A DNA stretch of 64,000 nucleotides from Candidatus Ozemobacteraceae bacterium (GTDB taxonomy: Bacteria; Muiribacteriota; Ozemobacteria; Ozemobacterales; Ozemobacteraceae), in NCBI GenBank assembly GCA_965140445.1, contig OZ223236.1:4640001-4704000 (forward strand), read 5' to 3'. This document shows, piece after piece, positions 45,051 to 54,308 of this stretch. Positions within the stretch are counted from its first letter, which is position 1. Each line of letters begins with the position of its first letter. A program made the position numbers and the translations under genes. The notes beneath the pieces were generated by a model. That model had not been told where the DNA came from. It saw nothing but the letters and a program-made list of their open reading frames with translations, and did not search any database.

Positions 45051-46226
45051 TTGAGAATTGGAAAAATAGCATTGTTGCTAGTTCTATCTTTATTTCTTTC
45101 CCATCAGGGTTTTGCTTCCTGGCTGCTAATTCCAATGGACGCCACCCAGAAAGAGCACTGCAAAGCTTATGGCTTTGTTTATAGGTCCCTTGAAATTGAA
45201 GTCCCCGATATTTACTGGCTTTTGAATTATCGCGGCGGAAGCTTTATTGTGCCTGAAACTCAGATAGCAAAGTCAGAAATGAAAGAAATTGGAATAGTTT
45301 TCAATGAAATAAGCGACGGCGAGAAAGCAGCTATATTTTCTGAGATACAAGAAGAAAATATGGACGCTGTATCACTGGAAAAAGCCCCCAAAATAGCAAT
45401 ATATCTGGAAAGCAAAAGACATCAAGATATTGTTGCCGAAGTTTTGCGATATGCAAAGATCCCCTTTGATGTAATTTACGATGACAAAATTCTTGAGGGC
45501 GGCTTAACCGGGTATGACTGGCTTCATATTCATCATAAAGATTTTACCGGGCAAAACCACAAGCTTCCAGCCGCAGCTTCTTTTTTGTTAAACAAAGGTA
45601 AAAATCCCGTAGAGCGCTGGAAAAAGAAACAGAAAGTTGCCCAGACAATAAAAAGTTTTGTACAAAACGGCGGATTCTTATTTGCAATGTGCTCCGCAGC
45701 TGAAACCTTCGACATTTCTCTTGCTGTTGAAGGGCTGGACATAGTTCCCCCATCAATTGACGGAACTCCAACAGACGAGGGCTTTCAGAACAAAGTGGAT
45801 TATAGCAAAGGACTTGCCTTTGAAAATTACCAGATTTTAACCTCAGGCCGAGAATATTCAGACATAGATGTTTCCAGTGCAAATTCAAGAACAAGCTTTG
45901 AACTTTTTGAATTTTCTGCATCGGTTGATTCAATACCGTGCCTGCTAAATCAGAACCATGAGAAAATAATTCCCGGCTTTTCCGGGGAAACCAGCTCTTT
46001 CAGGAAATCTCTGATTAAACGCTCAGTTACAATTCTTGCAGAGAATTCTGATGGGGTTTCGGTTAGATATCTTTCAGGCTATTGCGGAAAAGGAGTCTTT
46101 GCATACTACGGCGGTCATTCTCCTAAGCGAGGCACAAACTCCTATGTGGAATTCGCCCCAGCCTACCGGCTAATTTTGAACAACGTGCTTTTCCCATCTG
46201 CCAAAATCAAGAAGCGCAAAACCTGA
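45051..46226 (+). CDS. Exported conserved protein with class I glutamine-amidotransferase-like domain
   Basis: LIPMD..Q..H.KAYG, WLLNYRGGSF, YDWLHIHH.DFTGQ, GGFLFAMCSA, YRLILNNVLFP. Confidence 0.75.
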   Translation: MRIGKIALLLVLSLFLSHQGFASWLLIPMDATQKEHCKAYGFVYRSLEIEVPDIYWLLNYRGGSFIVPETQIAKSEMKEIGIVFNEISDGEKAAIFSEIQEENMDAVSLEKAPKIAIYLESKRHQDIVAEVLRYAKIPFDVIYDDKILEGGLTGYDWLHIHHKDFTGQNHKLPAAASFLLNKGKNPVERWKKKQKVAQTIKSFVQNGGFLFAMCSAAETFDISLAVEGLDIVPPSIDGTPTDEGFQNKVDYSKGLAFENYQILTSGREYSDIDVSSANSRTSFELFEFSASVDSIPCLLNQNHEKIIPGFSGETSSFRKSLIKRSVTILAENSDGVSVRYLSGYCGKGVFAYYGGHSPKRGTNSYVEFAPAYRLILNNVLFPSAKIKKRKT

Positions 46227-46355
46227 GAAGCTTAACTTTTACTTTCTTACCTAATGGCAATTTTTAACCCTCGTTATCCAGAGCCTGTGGTGAAAAATTT
46301 AATTACTCTGTGAGAGACTTCAAAAACGGGCATTATCGCTAGAAAAGAGATTTGG

Positions 46356-46763
46356 ATGAAATATTTTAAGTGCATATTAATACTTTTTTTGACTGCTGTA
46401 TTTCATTTCATTTTTTTCATTCCTGCTTTTTTTTGGGCTTCTTATTTCGGCCTATACAGCTCATGGGGTAGAGGAATCAGCACGGGATTATTAGTTTATA
46501 TAACAAAAGATCTCTTAATTGGTTTTCATATTATTTTTATAATCTTAAATACAATCTATCTATATCTTAAGCAAAGATTGATAGACCAAAGGGTTAGGTT
46601 TTATATAACCTTTGCATTTATAGCTTTCACATATCTAATTTATTTGGGGGAAGGGGGATTTCCTCTTTTTGATTATTTTTCTTTATTATTCTTTCAAGCC
46701 ATTCCTTTGGTTGCTGGTAATATAATTCTAACCAGAAACTTTGATAAATCAGAAGTTATATAG
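46356..46763 (+). CDS. Hypothetical membrane protein (4 TM)
   Basis: 135 aa, strongly hydrophobic, T-rich. Confidence 0.55.
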   Translation: MKYFKCILILFLTAVFHFIFFIPAFFWASYFGLYSSWGRGISTGLLVYITKDLLIGFHIIFIILNTIYLYLKQRLIDQRVRFYITFAFIAFTYLIYLGEGGFPLFDYFSLLFFQAIPLVAGNIILTRNFDKSEVI

Positions 46764-46850
46764 CCCGAATGATTTTGTTTTGTTACTTTTTTTGGGCTGA
46801 AGCGTATATTAGAAATGATGAGGCAATTCTGGAATTTTCAGGAGTAAAAA

Positions 46851-47456
46851 ATGCAAAGTAAAAAATTTGGTCTTTTGATCATTGGATTGTTTTTTATAGT
46901 TTTCAGCGGTACCGCTGCCAGGGCAGAAGATGCATACGTTATCTTTAAGGGTTTCAATGCTGTAAAGGAAATTAAAAAAATTGATTCACAGATTTCTGCT
47001 GTTAAGGGAACATTTCTTGCCTATTATGTAAAAAAAACCAATGCTCTGGGAAGATGTACAGGAATTGTTTTTTTTAAAGCTCCACTTGATGCTATAAAGC
47101 AGATAAAAGGTGCAAAACAGCTGATGGGAAAGCTACATTTCACAATGTTTTTCTATGCCAGCGATCAATCCGTTACTCTTAATAACGAGATGGAACGATA
47201 TCCACGTGAAGAGTTTCAATGTAACTGGTCAAATACTCTGTCGAAAATGATCAAAATTATAGAATCAAAAAATTTAATGAAAGCCGATAGAGGCTCAAAC
47301 CATGTCATTAATCTGAGAAAGAACTTTAAGATTTGTGATTTTTATCTGAGAGACGAGGAAAACGGTGGAAAATACTGGATCGAAAATGATTACGCAGTTG
47401 CCTTTTATGAGGAATATCGAGGGCAGCTTACAAAGCTATTTTCAGCGCAATATTAA
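46851..47456 (+). CDS. Exported hypothetical protein
   Basis: RBS CAGGAG, signal ending ARA. Confidence 0.7.
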   Translation: MQSKKFGLLIIGLFFIVFSGTAARAEDAYVIFKGFNAVKEIKKIDSQISAVKGTFLAYYVKKTNALGRCTGIVFFKAPLDAIKQIKGAKQLMGKLHFTMFFYASDQSVTLNNEMERYPREEFQCNWSNTLSKMIKIIESKNLMKADRGSNHVINLRKNFKICDFYLRDEENGGKYWIENDYAVAFYEEYRGQLTKLFSAQY

Positions 47457-47555
47457 GCATTAGTGCAATAACCTCAGTGGCTTCAGCCTGGCTTCCGGCT
47501 TCAAGGTTGGACCAGCGGAAGATCTTATAAATAAAGAAAAAACATCAGAACTTTG

Positions 47556-47605
47556 ACCTTAGAGCGGCATTTTTCACTGTTAAAAATGCCGCTTTAAGGT
47601 TTTTT
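47556..47605 (+). terminator. Long intrinsic terminator
   Basis: ACCTTAGAGCGGCATTTTT/AAAAATGCCGCTTTAAGGT followed by T-tract. Confidence 0.85.
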
Positions 47606-47774
47606 CGCTTCCTTTTACATCATCAGCTTGCCCCCTTCTAATACTTTGAGTCTTTCCAAAACTTTCAGAGCATTAGAAAGAGTTTTCTTATTTTTTTCAC
47701 CTGTTAGCAGGTATAAAATTTGGGTTGTTCAGTCTTTTGCAAACTTTCTTGTTCCAAATTCTAAGAGGTGTTAA

Positions 47775-47960
47775 CTTACAACTGTAGCCAGGGATGGTAA
47801 AATTCAACAACTTTCCTCGCCTTTTTTTAATTCTGAACAACAACCTTCAGGCTATTACCTGGTAAAGGCCGAGAACTTTGCTGAATCTATAGAGGTGGCA
47901 AAAAAGTATCCAGCTTTTGAAAATAATGAAACGGTAGAAATTTTACATTTAGGAGATTGA
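47775..47960 (+). pseudogene. 5'-truncated YciI (DGPF-domain) remnant
   Basis: Manual translation TTVARDGKIQQLSSPFFNSEQQPSGYYLVKAENFAESIEVAKKYPA...VEI* matches the C-half of YciI proteins; in-frame TAA upstream and no start codon. Confidence 0.65.
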
Positions 47961-47983
47961 ACATGGAGTTAAAAAGGAGAGAT

Positions 47984-48454
47984 ATGAGAACAATTTTAAT
48001 TTTCCTTTGTTTGAACTTGTTTTTAGTTTTACCTGCAGCATTTTCAGCTGAGAACCATGTAATGAGTGTGTTTGATTTAAAATGGATTACTGGAAATTGG
48101 GAAATGGAGAAAAATGGAAAGGAAATTTGTGAGCATTGGATGAAACCTTCCGGCCAAACAATGCTCGGTATGAGCCGAACGGTAATCAAAAAGAAAACAG
48201 TTGAATTCGAGTTTGTGATTATTCATCAAGAAAAATCTGGAGAAATATTTTTTACTGTTACCCCTTCCGGTCAGGGAAAAACATCTTTTAAACTGGTTTC
48301 GGTCAGCAAAACAGAAGCGGTTTTTGAAAACCCTGCTCATGACTTCCCACAAAGAATAATTTATCGCTTGGAAAACGAAAAGACCCTTTTTGCGAGAGTT
48401 GAAACTATGGACAAGCAAAAGGGTTTTGAATTTAGGATGCTCAAGGGTAAGTAA
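47984..48454 (+). CDS. Exported DUF6265-like protein
   Basis: L.WITG.W...EHW..P.G.TMLG.SR; VFENPAHDFPQRIIY; RBS AAGGAG. Confidence 0.8.
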   Translation: MRTILIFLCLNLFLVLPAAFSAENHVMSVFDLKWITGNWEMEKNGKEICEHWMKPSGQTMLGMSRTVIKKKTVEFEFVIIHQEKSGEIFFTVTPSGQGKTSFKLVSVSKTEAVFENPAHDFPQRIIYRLENEKTLFARVETMDKQKGFEFRMLKGK

Positions 48455-48499
48455 TCTGTAGAGATTCCCAGCCTATAACAAAACCATTTCTGCAATGCA

Positions 48500-49474
48500 G
48501 TGACAAAGCAAGGTTTAGATTTATATAATTGTACTCAGGAATTTAACCAGTTTGAAAAATTGAGGTATGGAAAATTGAAAAAAATCGCAAAAAAAATGCT
48601 CTGCTTTACACTAGTGACATCTCTCTCTTTTATTGCTTCTAACATCCCTGTTTTGGGAAATGATGGGCCAAATAAAGGGAAACAAAATTTAGGAAAAAAA
48701 ATGGAAAAATTAAGCCAGAAAATCATTCTAAAAGACTTAAATGTGGTTGGAATTTATGTTGAAAACCTTGATGATGCACTTAAATTTTATGTTGATCTTC
48801 TTGGTATGAAAAAAACTCGAAAACTTGGGCAAGGTTGGTTGCTTCTAGCTGATAACCTTGTAAGCGGCAATCTGTCTTTGTATGTTGAGGGGGGCCGCAA
48901 AAAATCTCAGGGGGATCCTCTTAATCAAAGCTGTATGTCTCTTTGTTTTTCCACCAAAGAAGGTATTAAGAATACTTACGCCAGGTTAGTGAAGGCAAAA
49001 GTAAATATGGTTGGAAAATATATGGCTCATAGTAATGAGTTTCATTCATTTTCATGTTTGGATCCAAGCGGCAATGTTCTAGAATTTTCTGGAAATCCAG
49101 CAGCGGTGTCTGTTGGTAAAAGGGATGATTCTAGGAATTTATCTCCAATAAATGAATTGATGTTGCCTGCGAAAAATATTGCCGAAACCAGGAAATTTTT
49201 GGCCAACTTCGGTTATAAATTGATCAATGAGCAACCATGGGGAATGGTACAGCTAAAAAGCGATTCGGGTGGTCCATCGATAAGTCTTTTCTCGCAGGAT
49301 TTTTTTAAAACTACTTCATTCGGGATCAAAACAACCTGCATTGATGAACTTTTCGAGGAATTACAAAAAAAGGGCGTCAAAATTACCGAGGATGATAGAA
49401 AAAGCGATCCTCCACGCATTGTATGTGCTGGACCTGATAACTTCGAAATCACTATTTTTCAAGAAAAAAAATAG
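48500..49474 (+). CDS. VOC/glyoxalase-family protein (two domains); start uncertain
   Basis: VGIYVENLDDALKFYVDLLG, DPSGNVLEF, GPDNFEI. Confidence 0.75.
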   Translation: MTKQGLDLYNCTQEFNQFEKLRYGKLKKIAKKMLCFTLVTSLSFIASNIPVLGNDGPNKGKQNLGKKMEKLSQKIILKDLNVVGIYVENLDDALKFYVDLLGMKKTRKLGQGWLLLADNLVSGNLSLYVEGGRKKSQGDPLNQSCMSLCFSTKEGIKNTYARLVKAKVNMVGKYMAHSNEFHSFSCLDPSGNVLEFSGNPAAVSVGKRDDSRNLSPINELMLPAKNIAETRKFLANFGYKLINEQPWGMVQLKSDSGGPSISLFSQDFFKTTSFGIKTTCIDELFEELQKKGVKITEDDRKSDPPRIVCAGPDNFEITIFQEKK

Positions 49475-49877
49475 GTACTGCCAATTCTAACCCCCAACTC
49501 CCCCAAAGCCCATACAACATAATCTCAGCCGACTCAATACTATTTTGAGCCGGCTGAGTCTATTTTCCCAAAATTCCCATGACAATTTACCGTTTCAATG
49601 AGCTAAAAAACAACTGATTGATCTCAAAACCTCTTCCATTTGCTATTTTCCCATAAAACCACTAAAAACAGGCCATTTTACCCCATTTTTAATTCAGTGG
49701 GCTAATTTAGATTTGTAAAGAGTTGGTTTGTTTCAGGTTTACCAAAATTTGGCACTGGCAGCTTTAATAGCAAACTTATGGTTACAATTTTGCAAAAATC
49801 GGTCAGAAGTTGCATTCCAAAAAAGATTTTTTGAGGCGAGCTTAGGAAAGAGTTTGTTCGGGTGACTTTTACTTTTC

Positions 49878-49907
49878 TTGACAGTATTTAAGGCGGGAGA
49901 CTATACT
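49878..49907 (+). promoter_or_regulatory. Sigma70 promoter of the tubulin-like gene
   Basis: TTGACA-18nt-TATACT. Confidence 0.7.
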
Positions 49908-49940
49908 TTCATTCATTAATATTCTATGGGGAGCATCTTT

Positions 49941-52900
49941 ATGAGCGAAAACTACGAAAATAGAATCGCGTTGAACCCGGCACTAATAGTGGGTCTGGGT
50001 GGAACGGGCAAAAAGAGCCTTATGAACTTCAAGGAGACTTTCTTACAGAGTCCCCAGATAAAAAATGCCTACGCAAAAGCCAATAGAGAACCATCGCTCC
50101 CGGATTTCATTGATTTGCTCTGCATTGACACTGACATTTTTGAAGCGGGTCATGAAGAGGAAAAGGTTGAAGGAGCAAAGCTTACCGAAAGCGAATATCA
50201 TCAGATAAACATCCAGAATGCTGGTCAGATAACCGGCAATCTGGATTCAGATACCTACACATACCTTTACGAATGGTTCCCGCAAAAGCTCAAGCACCAC
50301 ATTGGACAAATCAGTCAGGGTGCCCACCAGTTCAGGTTTACTGGAAGATTTGGCGTATTCGTCGATGTGCAGAAAATCTATCAGCTCATAAAAACAAAAA
50401 TGAGCAAAATAATGGCGCGCAGCAACGTTAACCAGGATGATCTGATCGTCCCTTTGACGAACAAACAGGGCCAGATCTTAACTCCAGAATTTTACATCGT
50501 AGGTTCACTTTGCGGCGGTTCTGGGGCTGGAATGTTCCTTGACATGGCCTATTTAATGAAAATGGCTTACTACCAGCTTTCTGGTGGCAAGGGCAAGCCG
50601 ACTATTATAGGAATACAGCTAACTCCAGAAGCTTTCACACAGATCGCAATTGATCCAAACGTTAACTCAACCGGGCGACTTGAAGCAAACGGCTACTCAT
50701 CTCTTGCAGAACTGTTCTACTTCATGTCTAAAGAAAAGTTCCCGCCAACTAAAAGCGCGAAAGACATTCTGAATCAAGACAGACGCAACAAATTCATGGT
50801 CAACTACGGACCAATTGGTAAAAGCCAGGATACAACGACTTTTGGAGCAGTTGCGGACGAACCCCCATTTGACCAGTGCTATCTCCTCGGGACCAGCAAC
50901 CTGGACGACATACCAACTTATTACAGCATCGCGTCGGAGTTTATTTTTACCAAGCTGGCAACCCAGCTGAGAAAAGCGCAAAATTCAATGTTGGACAATG
51001 CCTCACAGATTCTGGGCCAGAAAAACTCTGATCTTGAGGGAAACCAATTAAAATGTTTCAGCTCTGCCGGATATAAGAGCTTCTACTATCCTCTTGATGT
51101 AATTCGCGACCTGTACACGTTTAAACTTTCCATGGATCTTACCTATTGGCTGAAACTTTCCATGGATCGCATTCTTATTGATTCCATGGTTCAGGATTTT
51201 GCTGAATCCAACCCAAGCCGTCTTGACCTCTCCCCTGAGGGAATCTTTGCTCTGACTCGACAGATCATTGATCGTAAAAAGTATTGGGACAATCCAATGT
51301 TCCACACTTTGCGAACCACTAACAAGCAAAAAGATGGCGAATCAGCTTCAGCGTTCATTCTTAGACAAATCGACGAAATGAACCAGAATAGAGTTAAAAA
51401 AGACGATATTCGTGCTAAAGTTCGCCTTAAATTTGAAGAAGCGGCAATTACCGCTGGTGAATATTTAAAAGAAAAAATCATTGAGATCATAAACAATCCG
51501 GATCTCGGTGCTCATATCGCAATTGATTTCCTCAACGCCTTTGAAAAGTATCTGACTCGTTACCCACGTGAAATTCTAAACAGAAAAGTTCAGGAAATTA
51601 GAGTCAGACATGAAAAAGAACAAAGAGAATACCGAGAAATCAGTGTTCGCCTGAAAGAAAAACTATCTGGATTCGCAGGCCTCGGCGGGAAGCTAATGGA
51701 GCTTGGAACCGTCTTGAGAATGACCGACATCAACGAAGAGCGTGATAAATTGCTCAAAGAAGCCAAAGAAGCTGTGGACATGGAATACGATATGTTCTGT
51801 ATTTCATGCGCGGAAGACTTCTTGAAATACTTGAATGTTCAAGCTCAATCAGTAAGAAAACAGGTCGATATATTCGCAAAAAAATTGGAAGCAATCTCTA
51901 AGAATGGCCGAATCGAAAGACATTATGAAGAGTGTCTGGATAGAATTAAGCCATACTCTAAGGTTCAGGATGTTATCCGCACTTATATCTTTGAAGAAAG
52001 AGATATCGAGCCTTTCTACAAATATTTGCTCGGCGACCTTTCCAACAATGATATCGAAGGCGATTTCCTGGTGAAAATCAATCTTGCCAACAACTGGGAT
52101 GCATACACCAATCCAGAAAGTACTTCCCTTGAAAAGGATATTGTAAAGTATTGTCAGGAACTGGTTAACAAACGCCTGTTTGGCGGCATCGAAGACTTTA
52201 TCCACTGGAAAGATTCAGTGAGAAAGGGCTTCAAAAAGAGTCTTGTAGAAAGCCTTATGAACCAGGCAACTCCTCTCATAACTCTCAATGATCGCGGCAA
52301 TAACCAGCCTCAGCGAATGAACATTGTTACGTTGGGAATTTCCAGCGAAGAAAGTAAACTTGCTCAGGAAATCAAAGAAAGCCTTCGCAAAGGCGATATT
52401 GGGGTAACCATAGCTCCAACGAGAAATCCTTTTGAAATAAGTCTATTGCAGACTCTTCATGGAATTGCCCCATTCAATATCAGTTCGATCAACCAATGGC
52501 ATAATCTTTACAGGAAAAATACCGCCAAGATTAACTGCCATGCAATGCTCACCAATGACGCCTACCCAATTCTCTGGTCAAGCTACGGTTTGATTCCGGC
52601 GAAAAAACTGGAAGAACACTACATGGTGTATTTGCTGCTACGCTACGAACTCTATGCCGACCCGGCAAAGACAAAACATGGAATCGAATATAATAACGAA
52701 TTAGTGCAATACGAACTCTGGTATCAGCAGGATAAGCCACAACCAATGGGTCGAACCGTTACAGAATTGTTCGATTATCTAAAAAACAACACCATGGGCA
52801 TCTATCTGATCAGAAGCGTTTTCACAGAATACTGGAAAGCCCTGTCATTCCCTAAACAACATGAAATTGTAAAAAAATACCTTCCTTTGATGGAGCACAG

Positions 52901-53084
52901 AGTGAAAAAACTCGAAGATGCGATCGAAGAAGAAATCAGAAAGAACCACGAAGTAAGTGCAGCAAGTGACGAACTTCTTTCAATCAAACGCGGAATAATG
53001 AATATTCTGCGTGACTACAACGATCAGTTTGAAGCAATCCTCAAACAACGCCCAGCTGGCAGCAATGCTCCAAACATGATGTAA
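49941..53084 (+). CDS. Tubulin/FtsZ-superfamily GTPase of the Tubulin_2 (FtsZl1) type with long helical/coiled-coil C-terminus
   Basis: ALIVGLGGTG, IDTD, GAHQFRFTGR, GSLCGGSGAGMFLD, ANGYSSLAEL, PFDQCYL; RBS GGGGAG before ATG 49941. Confidence 0.88.
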   Translation: MSENYENRIALNPALIVGLGGTGKKSLMNFKETFLQSPQIKNAYAKANREPSLPDFIDLLCIDTDIFEAGHEEEKVEGAKLTESEYHQINIQNAGQITGNLDSDTYTYLYEWFPQKLKHHIGQISQGAHQFRFTGRFGVFVDVQKIYQLIKTKMSKIMARSNVNQDDLIVPLTNKQGQILTPEFYIVGSLCGGSGAGMFLDMAYLMKMAYYQLSGGKGKPTIIGIQLTPEAFTQIAIDPNVNSTGRLEANGYSSLAELFYFMSKEKFPPTKSAKDILNQDRRNKFMVNYGPIGKSQDTTTFGAVADEPPFDQCYLLGTSNLDDIPTYYSIASEFIFTKLATQLRKAQNSMLDNASQILGQKNSDLEGNQLKCFSSAGYKSFYYPLDVIRDLYTFKLSMDLTYWLKLSMDRILIDSMVQDFAESNPSRLDLSPEGIFALTRQIIDRKKYWDNPMFHTLRTTNKQKDGESASAFILRQIDEMNQNRVKKDDIRAKVRLKFEEAAITAGEYLKEKIIEIINNPDLGAHIAIDFLNAFEKYLTRYPREILNRKVQEIRVRHEKEQREYREISVRLKEKLSGFAGLGGKLMELGTVLRMTDINEERDKLLKEAKEAVDMEYDMFCISCAEDFLKYLNVQAQSVRKQVDIFAKKLEAISKNGRIERHYEECLDRIKPYSKVQDVIRTYIFEERDIEPFYKYLLGDLSNNDIEGDFLVKINLANNWDAYTNPESTSLEKDIVKYCQELVNKRLFGGIEDFIHWKDSVRKGFKKSLVESLMNQATPLITLNDRGNNQPQRMNIVTLGISSEESKLAQEIKESLRKGDIGVTIAPTRNPFEISLLQTLHGIAPFNISSINQWHNLYRKNTAKINCHAMLTNDAYPILWSSYGLIPAKKLEEHYMVYLLLRYELYADPAKTKHGIEYNNELVQYELWYQQDKPQPMGRTVTELFDYLKNNTMGIYLIRSVFTEYWKALSFPKQHEIVKKYLPLMEHRVKKLEDAIEEEIRKNHEVSAASDELLSIKRGIMNILRDYNDQFEAILKQRPAGSNAPNMM

Positions 53085-53100
53085 AAGTCCATTAACACAC

Positions 53101-53143
53101 AAAAAGAGTGTCGGCGGTCACAGAGGCCAACGGCGCTCTTTTT
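53101..53143 (+). terminator. Intrinsic terminator
   Basis: AAAAAGAGTGTCG...CGGCGCTCTTTTT. Confidence 0.75.
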
Positions 53144-53238
53144 GCATTTCTGAATGTTAATTCTATTTGTATTTATGCACAGGTTCCAGATAATATGATA
53201 TAAACGTTAAAATACATTTTCAGATTGAGAAAGCGATT

Positions 53239-54276
53239 ATGGTAGAAATTAGTCCAAACAAAACTCCCTTAAAAATTAGCGTCTGGCGCTTCGTGCTGGT
53301 TTTATTACTTCTCGCAATCATTTTGCTCGCAATGTTCTGGTATCTTTTCGCCTCAAGGCTTGGAGCGACCAATTCCTTTTTAGAAGGAATCAGAAAATAC
53401 CTGACTTTTGCCGCAACCATTCATCCCAACATGAAACCTGAAGACAACTTTGCCGACTCCTTAAAAATTCATGGGGTTGAGAAGATCACTCCAAGAAAAT
53501 TTACCATGCTTGTTTCTGTTACAGATAAAAACGGCGAACCGCTGACCACCATAAACGCCGGAGATATAGAGTTACGAATCGGAAGTAAAAATGATTCAAG
53601 TCTACAATCTGCCACAATTGATAAAGTAACCCCCCTTCATATGATGACTGACTGGAAAGAACCCGTAAGTTTTTCGTCAGTAATGGACTATTCAGCCAGC
53701 ATGTTTGAAGGAGATTTAAGCGCGATTGAAAATAATTTTGAAAAACTAATGGAATCCATCACCGTGCCATACGCCGCTTCCATAGTTAAATTTAACGCCA
53801 AGGCAACAGAAATTTTGCCGCTCTCCGAATCAAAAGATGAGATAAAAAAGGCTATAAAAAAGAGAATACCTCTTGAAAACACGGCTCTTTTTGATGGCGT
53901 TGTAAAAGGTATTGAGGCCGTCCAGGCAAGACCTCACATGAGATTTCTTGTTTTAACGACGGATGGCAACGACAACGCCTCATTTAATTCACTTAAAGAA
54001 GTTCTTCTCAGAAGCAAACTTCATAATGTATCCATCTTTGTCATAGCTTTTGGCTGGCTTGAGGTACAAACCTTAAAAACCATAGCTGATGAAACTGACG
54101 GCCTGTATTCATACGTCCCAAACAGTTCCAAACTTGAGGAATGGTTCACCAAGCTTGGTAAGATTATTAACAATGTTCAGGTCATCGAATACTCAACAAA
54201 ATCAGACATGGGAACACCTGAAAAAATTGATCTGACAATAGAAGTTAACGGAAAAAAACTAAACCGCAAAAGATAA
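53239..54276 (+). CDS. Membrane-anchored vWA-domain protein
   Basis: N-terminal TM; VSVTDKNGEP Ig-like lead-in; MIDAS DYSASM, TALFD, TDGNDNAS. Confidence 0.88.
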   Translation: MVEISPNKTPLKISVWRFVLVLLLLAIILLAMFWYLFASRLGATNSFLEGIRKYLTFAATIHPNMKPEDNFADSLKIHGVEKITPRKFTMLVSVTDKNGEPLTTINAGDIELRIGSKNDSSLQSATIDKVTPLHMMTDWKEPVSFSSVMDYSASMFEGDLSAIENNFEKLMESITVPYAASIVKFNAKATEILPLSESKDEIKKAIKKRIPLENTALFDGVVKGIEAVQARPHMRFLVLTTDGNDNASFNSLKEVLLRSKLHNVSIFVIAFGWLEVQTLKTIADETDGLYSYVPNSSKLEEWFTKLGKIINNVQVIEYSTKSDMGTPEKIDLTIEVNGKKLNRKR

Positions 54277-54308
54277 GCGGCTAAATAGCCCATTGGGCTG
54301 GAGGAAAC

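Noticed and set aside
45051..46226. Asparagine synthetase B label often attached to this family
   Set aside because: No N-terminal Cys Ntn domain or SGGLDS synthetase motif, and the protein has a signal peptide.
46356..49474. Accessory patch as a mobile element or prophage
   Set aside because: No transposase, integrase, phage genes, terminal repeats or target-site duplication are visible.
49523..49558. Hairpin CTCAGCCG...CGGCTGAG after the VOC gene as an ncRNA or REP element
   Set aside because: Single copy in the window and placed like a terminator or 3' stabiliser; no promoter evidence.
49779..49794. Sigma54-like TGGTTA-CAATT-TTGCA upstream of the tubulin-like gene
   Set aside because: The -24 element deviates from TGGCAC/TGGTAC and a good sigma70 promoter lies closer to the gene; left uncalled.
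49941..53084. Calling this gene ftsZ
   Set aside because: It is about three times FtsZ length, has no recognisable FtsZ T7 loop or C-terminal peptide, and is not in a dcw cluster; the motifs fit the Tubulin_2/FtsZl1 type.
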